In this document: positions 50,405 to 62,100 of the stretch, piece by piece
Numbering within the stretch: position 1 is the stretch's first letter
Layout: each line of letters begins with the position of its first letter
From: Thecamonas trahens ATCC 50062
Taxonomy: Eukaryota; Protista; Apusomonadida
Direction: 5' to 3'
Length of the DNA stretch: 63,821 nucleotides
NCBI RefSeq assembly: GCF_000142905.1
Contig: NW_013657658.1
Location: 124,001 to 187,821, forward strand
The notes under the pieces: generated by a model
Told to the model about the DNA's origin: nothing
What the model saw: only the letters and a program-made list of their open reading frames with translations
The model's database searches: none
Position numbers and translations under genes: made by a program

Positions 50405-53037
50405 ATGGCATCTGGCACTCACCAGCCGACGGTAGTGGGCCTACCGGCTGCGGCAGTGGGGACGCCTGCGGCACTGGCGTGGTCTGCAACCAACGCTGTC
50501 GCCCTAACTGCTCGGGGCGCCGTCTTCCTCCTCGCACCCTCACCGGCTGCCTCCCGGCCGACAGCCACCGCCGACGACCACGCCCCCTTCCGCCGTGTCG
50601 CCGCCATCGCCCTCGCAGATCACGGCTCGTCGGCTCCGTCGCCGCTTCTTGTCCGCGAGCGTGCGCTCAAGGCTGCCAAGACCTCCCGCGGCCAGTCTGC
50701 TGCTGCTGCTGCCGCTGCTGCTGCTGCTGATACTGCTGCTGCTGCCGCTGCATATGCTGCCGCCGCTGCTGCATCGTCGTCGTCTTGCCGCCCGTGGCCG
50801 CATCCACTCGGCCGCCCGCGCGCCTTTGTTGCCTCTGTCTGGGGCCCGCTTGGTTCTGACGGCCGCGGCGGGTGCGCGCTCGCGCTGCTCGACTCGACCG
50901 GTGCCGCCGTCGTGTATGCGCCGGGGCCGGGGCAGGTGCCGACCTGGCTCCCCTGCCTCGACCTCTCCGCCGCCGTCTTTGACCACTTGCTTGCCCGCAA
51001 CGAGCCGCCGCCGCCGGCGACGCCCGAGCCTGATGCTGAGCTTCCACCGGCCGAGCCACCACAACGCACCAACAAACGCGCGCTTGCCGATGACGCGCCT
51101 CTTGCCCGCCACGCCCTCTCAGCTCTCGCATGGTCACGCGAGCTTCCAGGCTCCGGTTGCCAGCCGCCGTTCTCGCTTCTCGCGACCGCAGCTGTTGACT
51201 CTCTTGTCATCTTTGCCTACACCCCAGCCGAGCGCCCAGTCTCCCGCAGCGCTGTCGCCGTGCCCAAGCTCGCACCGGTCGCCATGATCGAGCTTGCGGT
51301 CTCGCTGGGAACGTGCCAGACTGTGGCGCTCCACAAGGTCACCACCATGGACATCACCGACTGGCGCGGCCACGTGCTCGTTGCTGTCGGCACCGCCACT
51401 GGTGTTGTTGCCGTCTACACCTTTGTGCCACGGCTGACGCCGGCAAGCGAGCTCGCGCTCACCCTGGCCCGGGTCGTGCCTCTCTACCGTGGCTCGCCGT
51501 TTGCTGCCGTCACGACGGTCCGGTTTTCGCCGCCGCTTGGCGGCTCCTCCTCCCCGCCGCCGCACCTCGCCTTTGCACTGCCAAATACAGTCGCGGTGTG
51601 GGCGAGCGCCGTCGACGACGTTGATCCAGAACGCGGCCTCGGTCAGCTCGCGGCACCTACCGCCGATGGCACAATCTGTGTCATGCTCCCGTTGCCGACG
51701 TGCAGCGTTGACACCGTCGTCTGCTCGGTTTGCCCGTTTCTCCCGCCGGCTGCAGCGGCAGACGCGTCGCAGCTCTGGATCCGCCGGTTCGTGGCGCCCG
51801 AGGGCATCACCGGCCTGGCGTGGGAAGTCGACAGGGGGCTCTTCCTCCGGACCACCACGCGGACCGGCGTCTTTTCGCGATACACCCCACGGCTGCACGA
51901 AGCGAGCCGTGCGCCGGAGAAGACGATGCCGCTACCGGTCGCAACGAGTGCGGCGGCGCCCGGTCCTGTTGTTAGCGGCCTTGCCACCTCGCTCAACGCC
52001 ACCCATGTGGCGTACGCCATTGCAGCTGAGAACGAGGTAATGCTGGGATACACCCGGTCTGCGACTGCGCCGACAAAGCTTCAGCCCATGGCCTACTTTT
52101 GTCTCCAGCGGTGCTCCGGCCCAAGCGGCGTCCTCGACGTAGACGCCAAAATAGCGTCGGTTCTCCGCTCATCCGCGCCGGTGGTCGCCCTATGGGATCT
52201 TGCTGCCGACCTCGTTGCCCGTGCCGACCGCTCCTTGTACGATGCGGTCGTGCTGCAGCTGCTAGACGTCGGGATCGCCGCAGAGGCTTTGACGACTGCC
52301 TCGGCGCTCCCGCCGAACCTCCTCGTCGCGCCAATCCATGCCCGAGTCCCAGCCGCAATCCGTGCTGGACGACCGCGCGCTCTCCAGCACGCTATCTTCC
52401 TCATGGAGGCCGTCGGCCCCAGCGTTAGTGTCGACGACTCGACGCCCGCGCAGCACTTGCTGCCGAGCTTGAAGCCCTCCTCGCCTTTCGCACGCTCTAC
52501 CGCTGCGCAGCAACGACACCGCCGCTCGCCGAGCGAACCGGCGCCTCCACCACTGCCACAGCGCTCGTCGCCGACGTGCTCCTCGCGCTCCCGACCCTCT
52601 CTCCGGGGCTTCTTGCAAACGCGACCTCGCTCGCCTCTGCCACGGTGGTGGCCGGCTGCCAGCTCGCGGCCGATGTGCTTGCAGCCATGGGCGACGAGAG
52701 TGCGGCGTCTGCCGCGTCCCGCGCCGCTGTCGTCGCCGCAGCCGCTGGGCACCCGGACCTGACGCTCGAACCGTACAAGGCGCCACAACGAGAGACGTGT
52801 CCATTTTGCGCTGCTCCAGTGGCGTACACCCCGCGCGAGATGAGCAGCGAGGGGTGGTCCACCTGTGATGCTGGCCACCCGCTCGAGCGCTGTGCGCTCT
52901 CGTACGGCCTGCTTGACGTGACCCGGACCGAGCGTGGGTGCGAGTGGTGCGCAGCGCGGTTTGCTTCGGCGAACGAGGGCCTCAGCTGGCTCCCAGAGCT
53001 CGGCTCGGCAGCTTGCCCAGTGTGCGGGCTCGCGTAG
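50405..53037 (+). CDS. GTF3C4: TFIIIC subunit 4 (TFIIIC90/Tfc8/Sfc9-like; apparent frameshift near 52440)
   Basis: N-terminal ALAWS...AV..L and WGPLG...GCALALLDSTG (TFIIIC-delta-like). The C-terminal zinc finger ETCPFC...CDAGHPLERCALS...CEWC...CPVCG lies in a shifted frame. Confidence 0.72.
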
Positions 53038-53116
53038 TGTGTAGATAATTGCTCAAGCTCGAGCTGCGGTAACACAGCTAGAGCCACACGCGCACACACG
53101 GCACGCTCTGTTTACT

Positions 53117-54877
53117 TCACAATGCAGCGGTGGCGGCAGCAGCAGCCTCCTCGGCCTCGGCGGCTTCGATCTGGGCACGGACAATCTTAGCTTCGTCAAG
53201 AGCAGCGACAAAGTCGGCGCGCGAGCAGGCCTGACCAATGAACGAGTGCTCGAGAAGCTTTGTGGCGGTGGCGCGGTTCGAGGCGTCGACCTCGAGGGCG
53301 CGGGCGAGAAAGTCGCGAAAGGCCTCGGACCAGCGGTCGGGCTCCTGGAGCGAGGGCGAGCCGTGGGTGGCGATAAGGAATAGAGCGCGCATGGGCGGGA
53401 ACTCGCAGTACGGCGGCTCGGCATCGGCCATCTCGATGGCGGCAATGCCGAGCGACCAGACGTCGACCGGAATGCCGTACGGCTGGCCGCGGACGATTTC
53501 GGGCGCCATCCAGTATGGCGTCCCGACGACCTGGCCCTCGGCCTGGCCTTTGCCGTCCTTGGGATCGAGGCGAGTGGAAAAGCCAAAGTCGGCGAGCTTG
53601 ATGTCGCCTGCCGACGAGAGCAAGATGTTCTCGGACTTGATGTCGCGGTGGATGACATTGAACTGGTGGAGGAACTCGAGCGCACAGAGAATCGGCCGAC
53701 AGACATATGCAATCTCAGCCTCGGACATCTCGCGGTAGGCAATGACGTCAGTGAGGGCGCCGGCGTCGATAAACTCCATGCAGATCCAGAGCATGGACGA
53801 GGCCTCGAGGTATGCGCCGGCAAAGCGGACAATGTTCGGGTGTGCGACCACCTTCATCATGGCGATCTCGTTTTGCAGACCAAGCATGTCCACGTTCTCG
53901 CCCGAGAGCTCGATTTGCTTGATGGCCACCACGCTCTGCGACTCGTTGTGGACGCCCTTGTACACATCACCAAAGCCGCCGGCCCCAATCTTGACGAGCG
54001 TGCCAAAGAGCGGCGCCGGGTCTGTGCCGTCCACCAGCGCCTCGAGTACTTCCATCGAGCCGTCAAGCTCCGGCAAGGCCGAGAACGCCGCCACAATGGC
54101 TGCCGCCTGCGACGCGTTGTCGGTGAGCCGGCGCGCCGACGCGGCGTCGGCAGCGTCGGCGCCCCCTGGCGGCGAGAGCGCGAGCTCATCGAGCGCGCCT
54201 GGCGCAATAGAGTCACGGGCAAGCCGCCCGCGGCTGGCGGCCCCGGCCCCGGTTGTCTGTGGGCCCTCGGCCTGGAACTGCAGGACCTGCAGGATGGCCG
54301 TCGTGTTGTTCTTCATCTCGGCCTCGGTAAAGTCGCTCTCGCGGAGCAGCTCTTTCCACTCATCGGGAAGGCCCTCGAGAATGCCGTCGAGGACGGTGAC
54401 ATGCACGTCGTGGGTGACGTTGAACGGGGTGGAAATCGAGCCTCGGAGACACTGCGAGAGGACGTCGAGCCAGGCCTTGCGCACCATCTCGGACTCGGCT
54501 GAGAGCTGCCACACCCGGGTCGGCGTGTCGACCTCAAACGGGAAGCGCTTGGTTGAGACCTTGGATAGCGGGCGGACGTCGGTGGCGTTGTTCATGTTAA
54601 TGGCGCCCAGGGCCTCGGCCAGCGAGTCCCCGCGCTCCTTAAAGTAGTACACCTTGTTGGCCTCGAGCACAAACCACCTCCGCTTCCACTTGCGGGCCAG
54701 CTTGGACCCGCCACGCTTCTCGAGAAAGCCGCGCTTGGAGGCCGGTTGCGGTGATGCTGTGGTGTGGTGTGTCCACGGGAGGGAGGAAGGCAGAGTGTGA
54801 GGAGAGGGGAAGGTGGGGGGGGGGGAGGGAGGGAGGGAGGGAGGGCGACAGGAGAGGCTGGGCGTACCTGCGGACAT
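53117..54877 (-). CDS. PH-CRIB-STE20 p21-activated kinase (Cla4/PAK-like; probable intron 54867-54757)
   Basis: PH: KRGFLEKRGG..WKRRWFVL. CRIB: ISTPFNVTHDVHV. Kinase: GAGGFG, HRDIKSEN, DFG and GTPYWMAPE. Confidence 0.92.
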   Translation of the reverse strand: MSAGTPSLSCRPPSLPPSPPPTFPSPHTLPSSLPWTHHTTASPQPASKRGFLEKRGGSKLARKWKRRWFVLEANKVYYFKERGDSLAEALGAINMNNATDVRPLSKVSTKRFPFEVDTPTRVWQLSAESEMVRKAWLDVLSQCLRGSISTPFNVTHDVHVTVLDGILEGLPDEWKELLRESDFTEAEMKNNTTAILQVLQFQAEGPQTTGAGAASRGRLARDSIAPGALDELALSPPGGADAADAASARRLTDNASQAAAIVAAFSALPELDGSMEVLEALVDGTDPAPLFGTLVKIGAGGFGDVYKGVHNESQSVVAIKQIELSGENVDMLGLQNEIAMMKVVAHPNIVRFAGAYLEASSMLWICMEFIDAGALTDVIAYREMSEAEIAYVCRPILCALEFLHQFNVIHRDIKSENILLSSAGDIKLADFGFSTRLDPKDGKGQAEGQVVGTPYWMAPEIVRGQPYGIPVDVWSLGIAAIEMADAEPPYCEFPPMRALFLIATHGSPSLQEPDRWSEAFRDFLARALEVDASNRATATKLLEHSFIGQACSRADFVAALDEAKIVRAQIEAAEAEEAAAAATAAL

Positions 54878-55240
54878 GGTGGAGATCTCTCCCTTGCGGT
54901 GGCCAACGACTTGCGGGAGGGAGGGGAGGGGAGAGGGGGGGGTGGGCGAGGGGAAGGGGGTGGGGTGGGGGTGGGGATGGAAATGGAGGGGGGTGAGGGG
55001 GGCGAGACGGAGGGGGCCGAGGGGCAAAGGGGAGCGAAGAGAAAGAGAGCTGTACCGCCCGTTGATGGTAGATGTGGTGGGCGTGTTGGCAAGCTTGCTG
55101 ACGACCGGCGCGCCGAGGACTGACCAAGTGATTGGAGGAGAGAGGATGAACCTTTTTTGATTCATTTCATCCGGCAGGGAAAGAAAAGCTCACAACAAAA
55201 CAAGCAAACAACCCAGTCGTCGACTGCTCTGCCTGTCACT

Positions 55241-55730
55241 GGCTGGCATCGGGTGGCACCGGGTGGCACCGGGTGGCACTGACTGGCACCGTCTGGCACC
55301 AACTGGCACCGTCTGGCACCAACTGGCACCGGGTGGCACCAACTGGCACCGTCTGGCACCAACTGGCACCGTCTGGCACCAACTGGCACCGTCTGGCACC
55401 AACTGGCACCGGGTGGCACCAACTGGCACCGTCTGGCACCAACTGGCACCGTCTGGCACCAACTGGCACCGGGTGGCACCAACTGGCACCGTCTGGCACC
55501 AACTGGCACCGTCTGGCACCAACTGGCATCGGGTGGCACCGGGTGGCACCGGGTGGCACCAACTGGCACCGTCTGGCACCAACTGGCACCGTCTGGCACC
55601 AACTGGCACCGTCTGGCACCAACTGGCACCGTCTGGCACCAACTGGCACCGTCTGGCACCAACTGGCACCGGGTGGCACCAACTGGCACCGTCTGGCACC
55701 AACTGGCACCGTCTGGCACCAACTGGCACC
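55241..55730. repeat. 10-bp-unit tandem array NNNTGGCACC x49 between divergent genes
   Basis: 21 AAC-, 16 GTC-, 10 GGG- and 2 other variants sharing a TGGCAYY core. Confidence 0.97.
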
Positions 55731-55926
55731 GGGTACATCGCCACACTTTTTGCCACACCTGCAGGTCCCTTCCACGGACCAGCAGAGCCACAGTGGCCGT
55801 CTATCCCCCTCCTCCTTCCCTTTCCCCTCTCTACTGGCCACCAACCCTGCCCGGCCCTCCCCCCTCACCCGCACCCTCCGTCCCCTCGCGGCATTTCCAC
55901 CCGCTGTCTCGCCCGCTCGTCTTGCC

Positions 55927-57867
55927 ATGGCCGCCCGCGCCGACTATGACGCCGAGGACCTCAACCGCAAGACCTACGTCGTCGCCGTCAACCAGACAGA
56001 CCGCGCCCTCACCGCCTTTGACTACATCACAAGTACGCCTCTCCCCCCCCCCCCCCCCCCCACTCCTCCCCTCCCTCCCTCCCCATCCCCTCCCCCCCAC
56101 TCACACCGCCACCCGACAGAGTTCCTCTCGCGCGAGCGTGACAAGGTTGTCCTGCTGTACTGCTTGGAAAAGTCAGCGGCGACGCTGCGGGAGATGCGGG
56201 AAAAGTTCGAGTTTCTGTCCGAGCTGGCTGGCCGGCTCCGCGAGCGGTCCATCTCGCACCGGTGCTTTGTGAAGAAGGGCAAGGCCAAGAAGCTCATTGT
56301 CGCCTTTGCCCGCGAGCTCAACGCCTCAGTCATTGTCCTCGGCACACGCGCGCGCTCCATGCTCAAGCGCTTTGTCCTGGGCTCGGTCTCGGCACATGTC
56401 ATTGCCCACGCGCCGTGCTCGGTCCTGGCCGTCATCGACAACAAGGTGACCCGCGCCAACCGCGAGGCCGGCACTCCGGCGACGGCCCGGAACTTTCTCT
56501 GCTACGTTGATGGCTCGGACATGGCCCACGCCGCGTTCAACAAGCTCGTCACTGAAGTCGCCGTGGCAGATGACAAGGTCACCACCTTTTCACTCCTTCC
56601 GCTGGCAGCGTCAGCGTCAGGCTCCCCGCCGCGCTCGGCAGCCGCGGGATCAGCCGCCAAACCTGGCGCCGCCGCCGCCGTCTCGGCCGTCGCCTCCGCC
56701 GCCACCACCTCGCCGATCCCGGCCCCGTCCGGCGGCTCTCGCGCCCGCGCCTCATCGAGCTCGTCAGTCGAGGCTGCTGCCGTCGCTGCGGTCGCCGATG
56801 CTTCCGACGCTGCAGGGTCCAACGCCGGCCCCGCCCATGCTTCCGCCGCGGCAGCCAGTGCTCCTGTCAACCCAGCACGTGCCAACGCGCCGCACACGCC
56901 TGAGCTCCTTTCGGAGCGCGAGAAGATGCTCTCGATGCGCCTGGCAACCTACGCATCGTTTGCGCAGGCGTACCAGCTGCGGACCTCGGCCGTTGTCCTC
57001 GGCCAGGCCCGCCCGCTCGAGCGCGCTCTCCGCGCCGCCGCCAAGACATACCAGGTCGACGGCCTCGTCCTCGGCGTGCCGGGCCCCGAGGCTGTCGAGG
57101 CCACTCCGCGCGACAAGGCGCTGGTTGACGTCGCCGTCGCATGCGTGCAAAAGGCTGTTTGCAACGTCGTCCTCATCGTCAAGTACGTCGAGCTCGACAC
57201 CACCGCTTCCCGGTTCGACATGGACCCACAGGGCGCACGCATCCATGCCCTCCGCGCCCGGGTCGCTCAACTCAACAGCAGCTGCCCGCCTCCGTCGTCC
57301 TCGGCAACAGACTCGGCCCCAGGCCCTGCCACACCGCCGCGGGTCATCATCCCGCCTCGCCGGAGAAAGCGTGCAACCTCGTTTGCCGAGCTCATTTCCA
57401 AGGTCGAGTACGACGAGGACGAGCCGCCCGCCGCAGCCGGGGCCGCGTCGCCGTCGCGTGTTGCGGTCGCCGGCGTCCATCCACTCCTCACGCCCAAGGC
57501 CTCCGGCTCGATGGACCTGCCGACGCCGGTGACGCCAGCGGCAGGCCTGCAGTGGGACGAGGACTCTGGCGAAGGCAACTTTGTCGTCTCGTCATCGTCC
57601 GAGTACACTGGTTCGTACTACTCGACGGCGTCAGACCTGCACATCGGCTCATCGCTCTCGCTCTCGACCTCCTCGCACGGCTCGGTTGACTCTGCATTCC
57701 TTGACTTTTTGGAGGATGTCGGCGCCGGCGACAAGCTCATGACCTCCATCCGCCGCAGATCGTCGTCGTCGATGTCGGACACCCTCTCGTCCGGCACCCT
57801 TCCGTCAGCGTCGAGCTCATCCTCGGCCGCCGGCGAGAACATCTCATCATCAGCCGCGCCCTCGTAG
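55927..57867 (+). CDS. Universal stress protein (tandem USP domains; intron 56033-56119)
   Basis: YVVAVN..., VIVLGTRARSMLKRFVLGSVSAHVIAHAPCSVLAV, and a second USP unit NFLCYVDGSD...VCNVVLIVK. GTACGC..CAG intron. Confidence 0.85.
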   Translation: MAARADYDAEDLNRKTYVVAVNQTDRALTAFDYITSTPLPPPPPPTPPLPPSPSPPPHSHRHPTEFLSRERDKVVLLYCLEKSAATLREMREKFEFLSELAGRLRERSISHRCFVKKGKAKKLIVAFARELNASVIVLGTRARSMLKRFVLGSVSAHVIAHAPCSVLAVIDNKVTRANREAGTPATARNFLCYVDGSDMAHAAFNKLVTEVAVADDKVTTFSLLPLAASASGSPPRSAAAGSAAKPGAAAAVSAVASAATTSPIPAPSGGSRARASSSSSVEAAAVAAVADASDAAGSNAGPAHASAAAASAPVNPARANAPHTPELLSEREKMLSMRLATYASFAQAYQLRTSAVVLGQARPLERALRAAAKTYQVDGLVLGVPGPEAVEATPRDKALVDVAVACVQKAVCNVVLIVKYVELDTTASRFDMDPQGARIHALRARVAQLNSSCPPPSSSATDSAPGPATPPRVIIPPRRRKRATSFAELISKVEYDEDEPPAAAGAASPSRVAVAGVHPLLTPKASGSMDLPTPVTPAAGLQWDEDSGEGNFVVSSSSEYTGSYYSTASDLHIGSSLSLSTSSHGSVDSAFLDFLEDVGAGDKLMTSIRRRSSSSMSDTLSSGTLPSASSSSSAAGENISSSAAPS

Positions 57868-57930
57868 CAAACATCTATTTCTGCTGACCTGCCGTAGCAC
57901 ATTGCATGTGTTAATGAAGCGACAAACAAG

Positions 57931-58865
57931 TTAGAAGAGCTCAAAGTCGTCATCAACCTCGGCACCACCGTCCGAGTCCGAGTCAGAGTCGTCCTCGATG
58001 ACCGGAGTCGGGCCGTTGGAGAGCTCCATCTCCTCGCCGGCAACAAGGCGGTCGATCTGGGCCATGAGCTTGCAGTCGGCGTTGTTGGCGCGGAAGATCT
58101 CGTGCCAGACAACAATGCCCGACTTGTTGATGAGGAAGGCGTGCGGGAGGTTGATGACAAGCTCCTCCATGACCTCCTTGTACGCCGACGCAACGGTCTT
58201 GTTGGCGTCCCAGGCGACGTTCATCTTCTTGAGGTGCTGGCCGGGCTCGGCGTACTTCTCCTTGGTGAGCATGCCCTCGGCGTACGACTTCTCCGGGTCG
58301 GTCGAGACGCAGATGACGTTAAGCGCATCGGCGTGCTTGGCGGCGACGTCAGCGAACTTCTCGTAAGCGTGGAAGTTGGCCTTGTCCCACTTGGCCCAGA
58401 ACACAAGCAGAGTGTGCTTGTCGTCCGAGAGCAGCGGGCGCGGCTCACCGTTGACAAACTCGACCTGCGGGGGCAGTAGCAAGCGGTGGGGCGGGGTGAG
58501 TCATTTGCCTCTTTCTCTCTCTCTCTCTCGCCATCTGTCACTCACTCTCCCCTCGCTTGCCCATCGTGGGTGGACAGATGCGTCTCTGCTTTGACCCTCC
58601 CCTGCCCCCCGCGCAGTTGCACCAAAAAATGTCCCTGCGACACCGCATGGTCGCCGCCTTCCGTCGGGACACAGCCACAGCGCGCGGTCCCTGTGTTCCC
58701 GTGCAATGGATGGAGGGAGAGAGGGGAGAGAAGGGAAGGTATTTGGCCTGGAGGAGAGAGAGGGGGAGGAGGGGGGAGGGGGAGGGGGGGGGGCAGAGGG
58801 GCCAGAGGCGGGGACAAAGTGCTTCACGAAGCCCATCCACATCCAGGGCAGGGGGGAAGGGGAAG

Positions 58866-58901
<36 letters not shown>

Positions 58902-59020
58902 ACGGGGGTGAGGGTGGAGAGAATGCGGAGAAGGGTACGTACGGTGTCGATGCCAGGGGCCTCCTTGCCGAGGGCGGGGTCGTCGTCGTACACGATGTAG
59001 TTCACACCAGAAGCAGCCAT
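57931..59020 (-). CDS. Redoxin/TlpA-like thioredoxin-fold protein lacking CxxC (exons 59020-58943, 58464-57931)
   Basis: LGKEAP...LLVFWAKWDKAN...VICVSTD...VAWD...LPHAFLINKSGIVVWH follows the AhpC/redoxin pattern. Phase-0 GTACGT..CAG intron. Confidence 0.72.
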
Positions 59021-59129
59021 GGTTGTTGTGGGAGATAAGGGGTGGCGTTTGTGTGTTTGTCAATTGGTCGTCGAGTCGTCGACAGGAGTCACCGCCGCTG
59101 CCGGCGGGCTCGACTGCCGCATGCACAGG

Positions 59130-62100
59130 CTAGTACCCAAAGTCATAGTCAAACAGATCGGAATCGGAATCGTCAACGGCGGCAAAGAACAGCGGGGCCT
59201 TGGGCAAGCTTCCGGGCTCGCGCTTGGTCTTGAGCTGGAGGCCCGAGTCGTAGCTCGGGACGTTGGCGGGCGGAGCGAGAGGCCACGGGTGGAGACAAAC
59301 TTGGCGTCGTCGACGACGGCGTCCATGCGGCGGACGGTGTACATGTCGCGCGAGGCCATCGAGCGGGCAAACCGCTTCGCCCGCTTGATGTGAAGCGAGG
59401 GGTCAGCCGCCGACCGACGCGCGTCGTCGCGCTCGCGTTTGCGGCGAGCCTCGGCCGAGCCGGCCGACGCCGCCGAGAATCCGGAGCCACCCGAGCAGGT
59501 AGGACAGACGTCGAGCCCGTGGCCACACTCTTGGTGAAACTCGTGGCCGCACTTGAAGACCTTGGTGACCAGATCAGCTGCCGCACTCCGGAGTGATGCG
59601 CCGCACATGGCGCACTTGGTGAGCGTCGAGACGCACGGCTTGGAGAGCTGCCGGACCAGCCGCTGGACGTATGAGTGTCCGTCGCGGGCAAGGAGCTTGT
59701 TTGTCGTCTGCAGCAGGACAGACTCGTAGCGATACGACTCCATAATGCCAACGATAACGTCCTGGAACTCACCGTACTCGCGGTCACCATGATCGCGTAA
59801 GATCTTGGTCAGCAACGCAGTGAGCGAGACGTGGCCGGCCATGCCGCCAAGCACCTCGAGCATGAGCGGCTTTAGCAGGCTTGTCTTTGCCCCGCCACTA
59901 CCCGGCTCGAGCGTCCTGTCTAGCAGTCCGAACCAGAGCGCCCGCGACTCAGCATCGTCGTCCTCACGCTGCGTCGTCCGCTGACACACTCCAATGGCCA
60001 TGCCAAACATCTTGTGCAGCGCCTCGGAGTCGCTGGCGGCGACGGCGTCGTCGAACCTGCGCATGACGAGGTCGACGGCGCCCGACGCGTCACCGGTTCG
60101 CTCCAACAGATATGCCGTCGCCTCGGTCACCCCGTGCTTGGAGCAGACGGCGAGGACAACGTCAAGTCGGTACGAGTCGTGGCTCTGCACAAACTCGAGG
60201 ACCTTGCTCGGCTCATACGCGCACATCAGTGCCACGTACTTTTCCTGCAACGAGGCAAGAAACGCCGGATCGTCACGGGCGGCTGCGCGCCGCCGTGCAC
60301 GCGCACGCCGTGCACGCGCACGCCGCCCGCTCGTCCCTTTTCCGCCAAGCGACGAGCCCCACGCCGCGGCCGAGCTTGGCGACGCCATGACCACCGTCTC
60401 GGTCTCGCCGCTCCCGACCGCAACATCGGGATCAAGCATCGCCTGCGGGCCGTCGAGCAGCGCCTTGAGGTAGTTGTACAACAGCCGCGGAAACCGCTCC
60501 AGCGAGCTCACAACCTGCTCGTGCTCGTCAGCAAAGTGGTCTACAATGAGCGAGCCGGCCTGGACTGAGTCGAGCTGGACAAGCGCCGAGAGCCGCGCTA
60601 GCACTGCAGCCTTGACGCTCGCGAGCGGCGATGCCAGCGGCGCGCTCGAGCCTGGCTCTGCAGCTTCCCCACCGCAGTAGGACGCGGCAGGCCCGGTGCT
60701 GGCCGGAGACCCAGTCGCACCAGGTGCTCGACATCGTCCGACGCCGAGCCATCCGACTCGTCGTCGTACTCATCGTCTTCGTCGTCGCCGTCGCCGTCGG
60801 CCACTGCAGCAGTGACCAGCAGCTCACGCACAACGCCAAAGACCTGCGGGGCCCGCGCCGGCTCGTCGAGATAGGCGTCGAGCACGCCGCCGGTGTCGCC
60901 CTCAAGCCGGCAGAGAACCTCGATGACTCGGTGCGCAGCCGCCCGGGTTGCGGCTTTTTTGAGTGACGCAAAGCGAGCGTGAAGTGGCGGCGCGCCGTCG
61001 CCCGGTGCCACCACGGCCATGAGGCTCGAGTCAGGAACCGCATCCGACGCCACGCGCTCAGCACGCGCCACCTCGGCGTTGAGCAGCGACACGACGGCGG
61101 CTACGTGAGCGTGCGCCATGCGCGGCTCGGCAGTGTCAAAGCTCACCAAATAGATCATGACATAGTCGGCAAAGACCGGCGAAAGAACAAGAGCGCCAGC
61201 GACCGCGAGGTTGGCCAACCACGTGTAGACAGCAGCAACAACATGCGGTTCAAACGGCGGGCGCGGATCGTGCGCTGGCGGCTGCGCCACGGTCTTGGCC
61301 TCAGCAGAGATCATGAGCTTCCACTCGGACTCGTCGCACACCACGGTGTCGAGAACGTGGAGCGCAGCCTGGCGCGCATCGAGCCCGGCAGCGCGCAGCA
61401 CCGGGTCGAGAAACGGACCCTCCAGAACCTTGGTCGCCTCGCGCGCATCCAGCTGCAGCAGCGCGTTGAGCGGCGGCGGCGAGCCGTCGGCTCCGGGCTT
61501 GAGCACCCACGCCACCATCGAGAGCTTGACCCGGACAGGGTCGTGGTCGTCGGGTATGGCGCCGGTGGGAAAGGCGCGGCCCTGTAACGTGTACGAAATG
61601 TAGAGCAGGAGCTTGTAGCCGAGATCCGACTCGCTGCCCCGGCTTTGGGCGGCGAGCCAGGCGCGGAACATGTCGTCAAGCGGCGCGAGGTAGTCGCCAA
61701 GGCCCGCGGTAAAGACGTAAATGAGCGCCTCCCAAAGGCCAGCTGAGCGGCAGAGAGTGACGACCTGGTGAAAGTCGAGCGACGGCAGATCCATGTTGAG
61801 GATGCACCGCGAGACAATCTGCAGCTTGCCGAGTTTGGCGTAGAGCTCGACAAAGTCGTGCATCAACACTGGCGCCAGGCTTCGCAGCCGGCCATCAAGC
61901 AGGTACGGCTCGAGCGTCTGGAGGAGAGTCTCGCGCGGCGAGAGCAGCTCGCCAGACTCGAGGTCGCGGACAAGAGCTTCGGTGCAGCAGGCCTCGTACA
62001 GCTGCGGAAGGAGCTTGTCGGTAGCGCGGATGAGGACGCAGGTCTCGACCACAAGCGAGGTCAGAGCGGAGACCTTGGTCTCGAGGCCAGCGCCGGCCTC

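Noticed and set aside
55241-55730. CRISPR array interpretation of the 10-bp repeat
   Set aside because: No unique spacers, units far too short, no cas genes, and a eukaryotic context.
55162-55949. Repetitive ORFs across the array (WHQLAPSGTN..., CQLVPDGASW...) and the N-terminal extension of ORF 55273-57867
   Set aside because: Open in all frames only because the repeat lacks stop codons. The USP gene has a good ATG at 55927.
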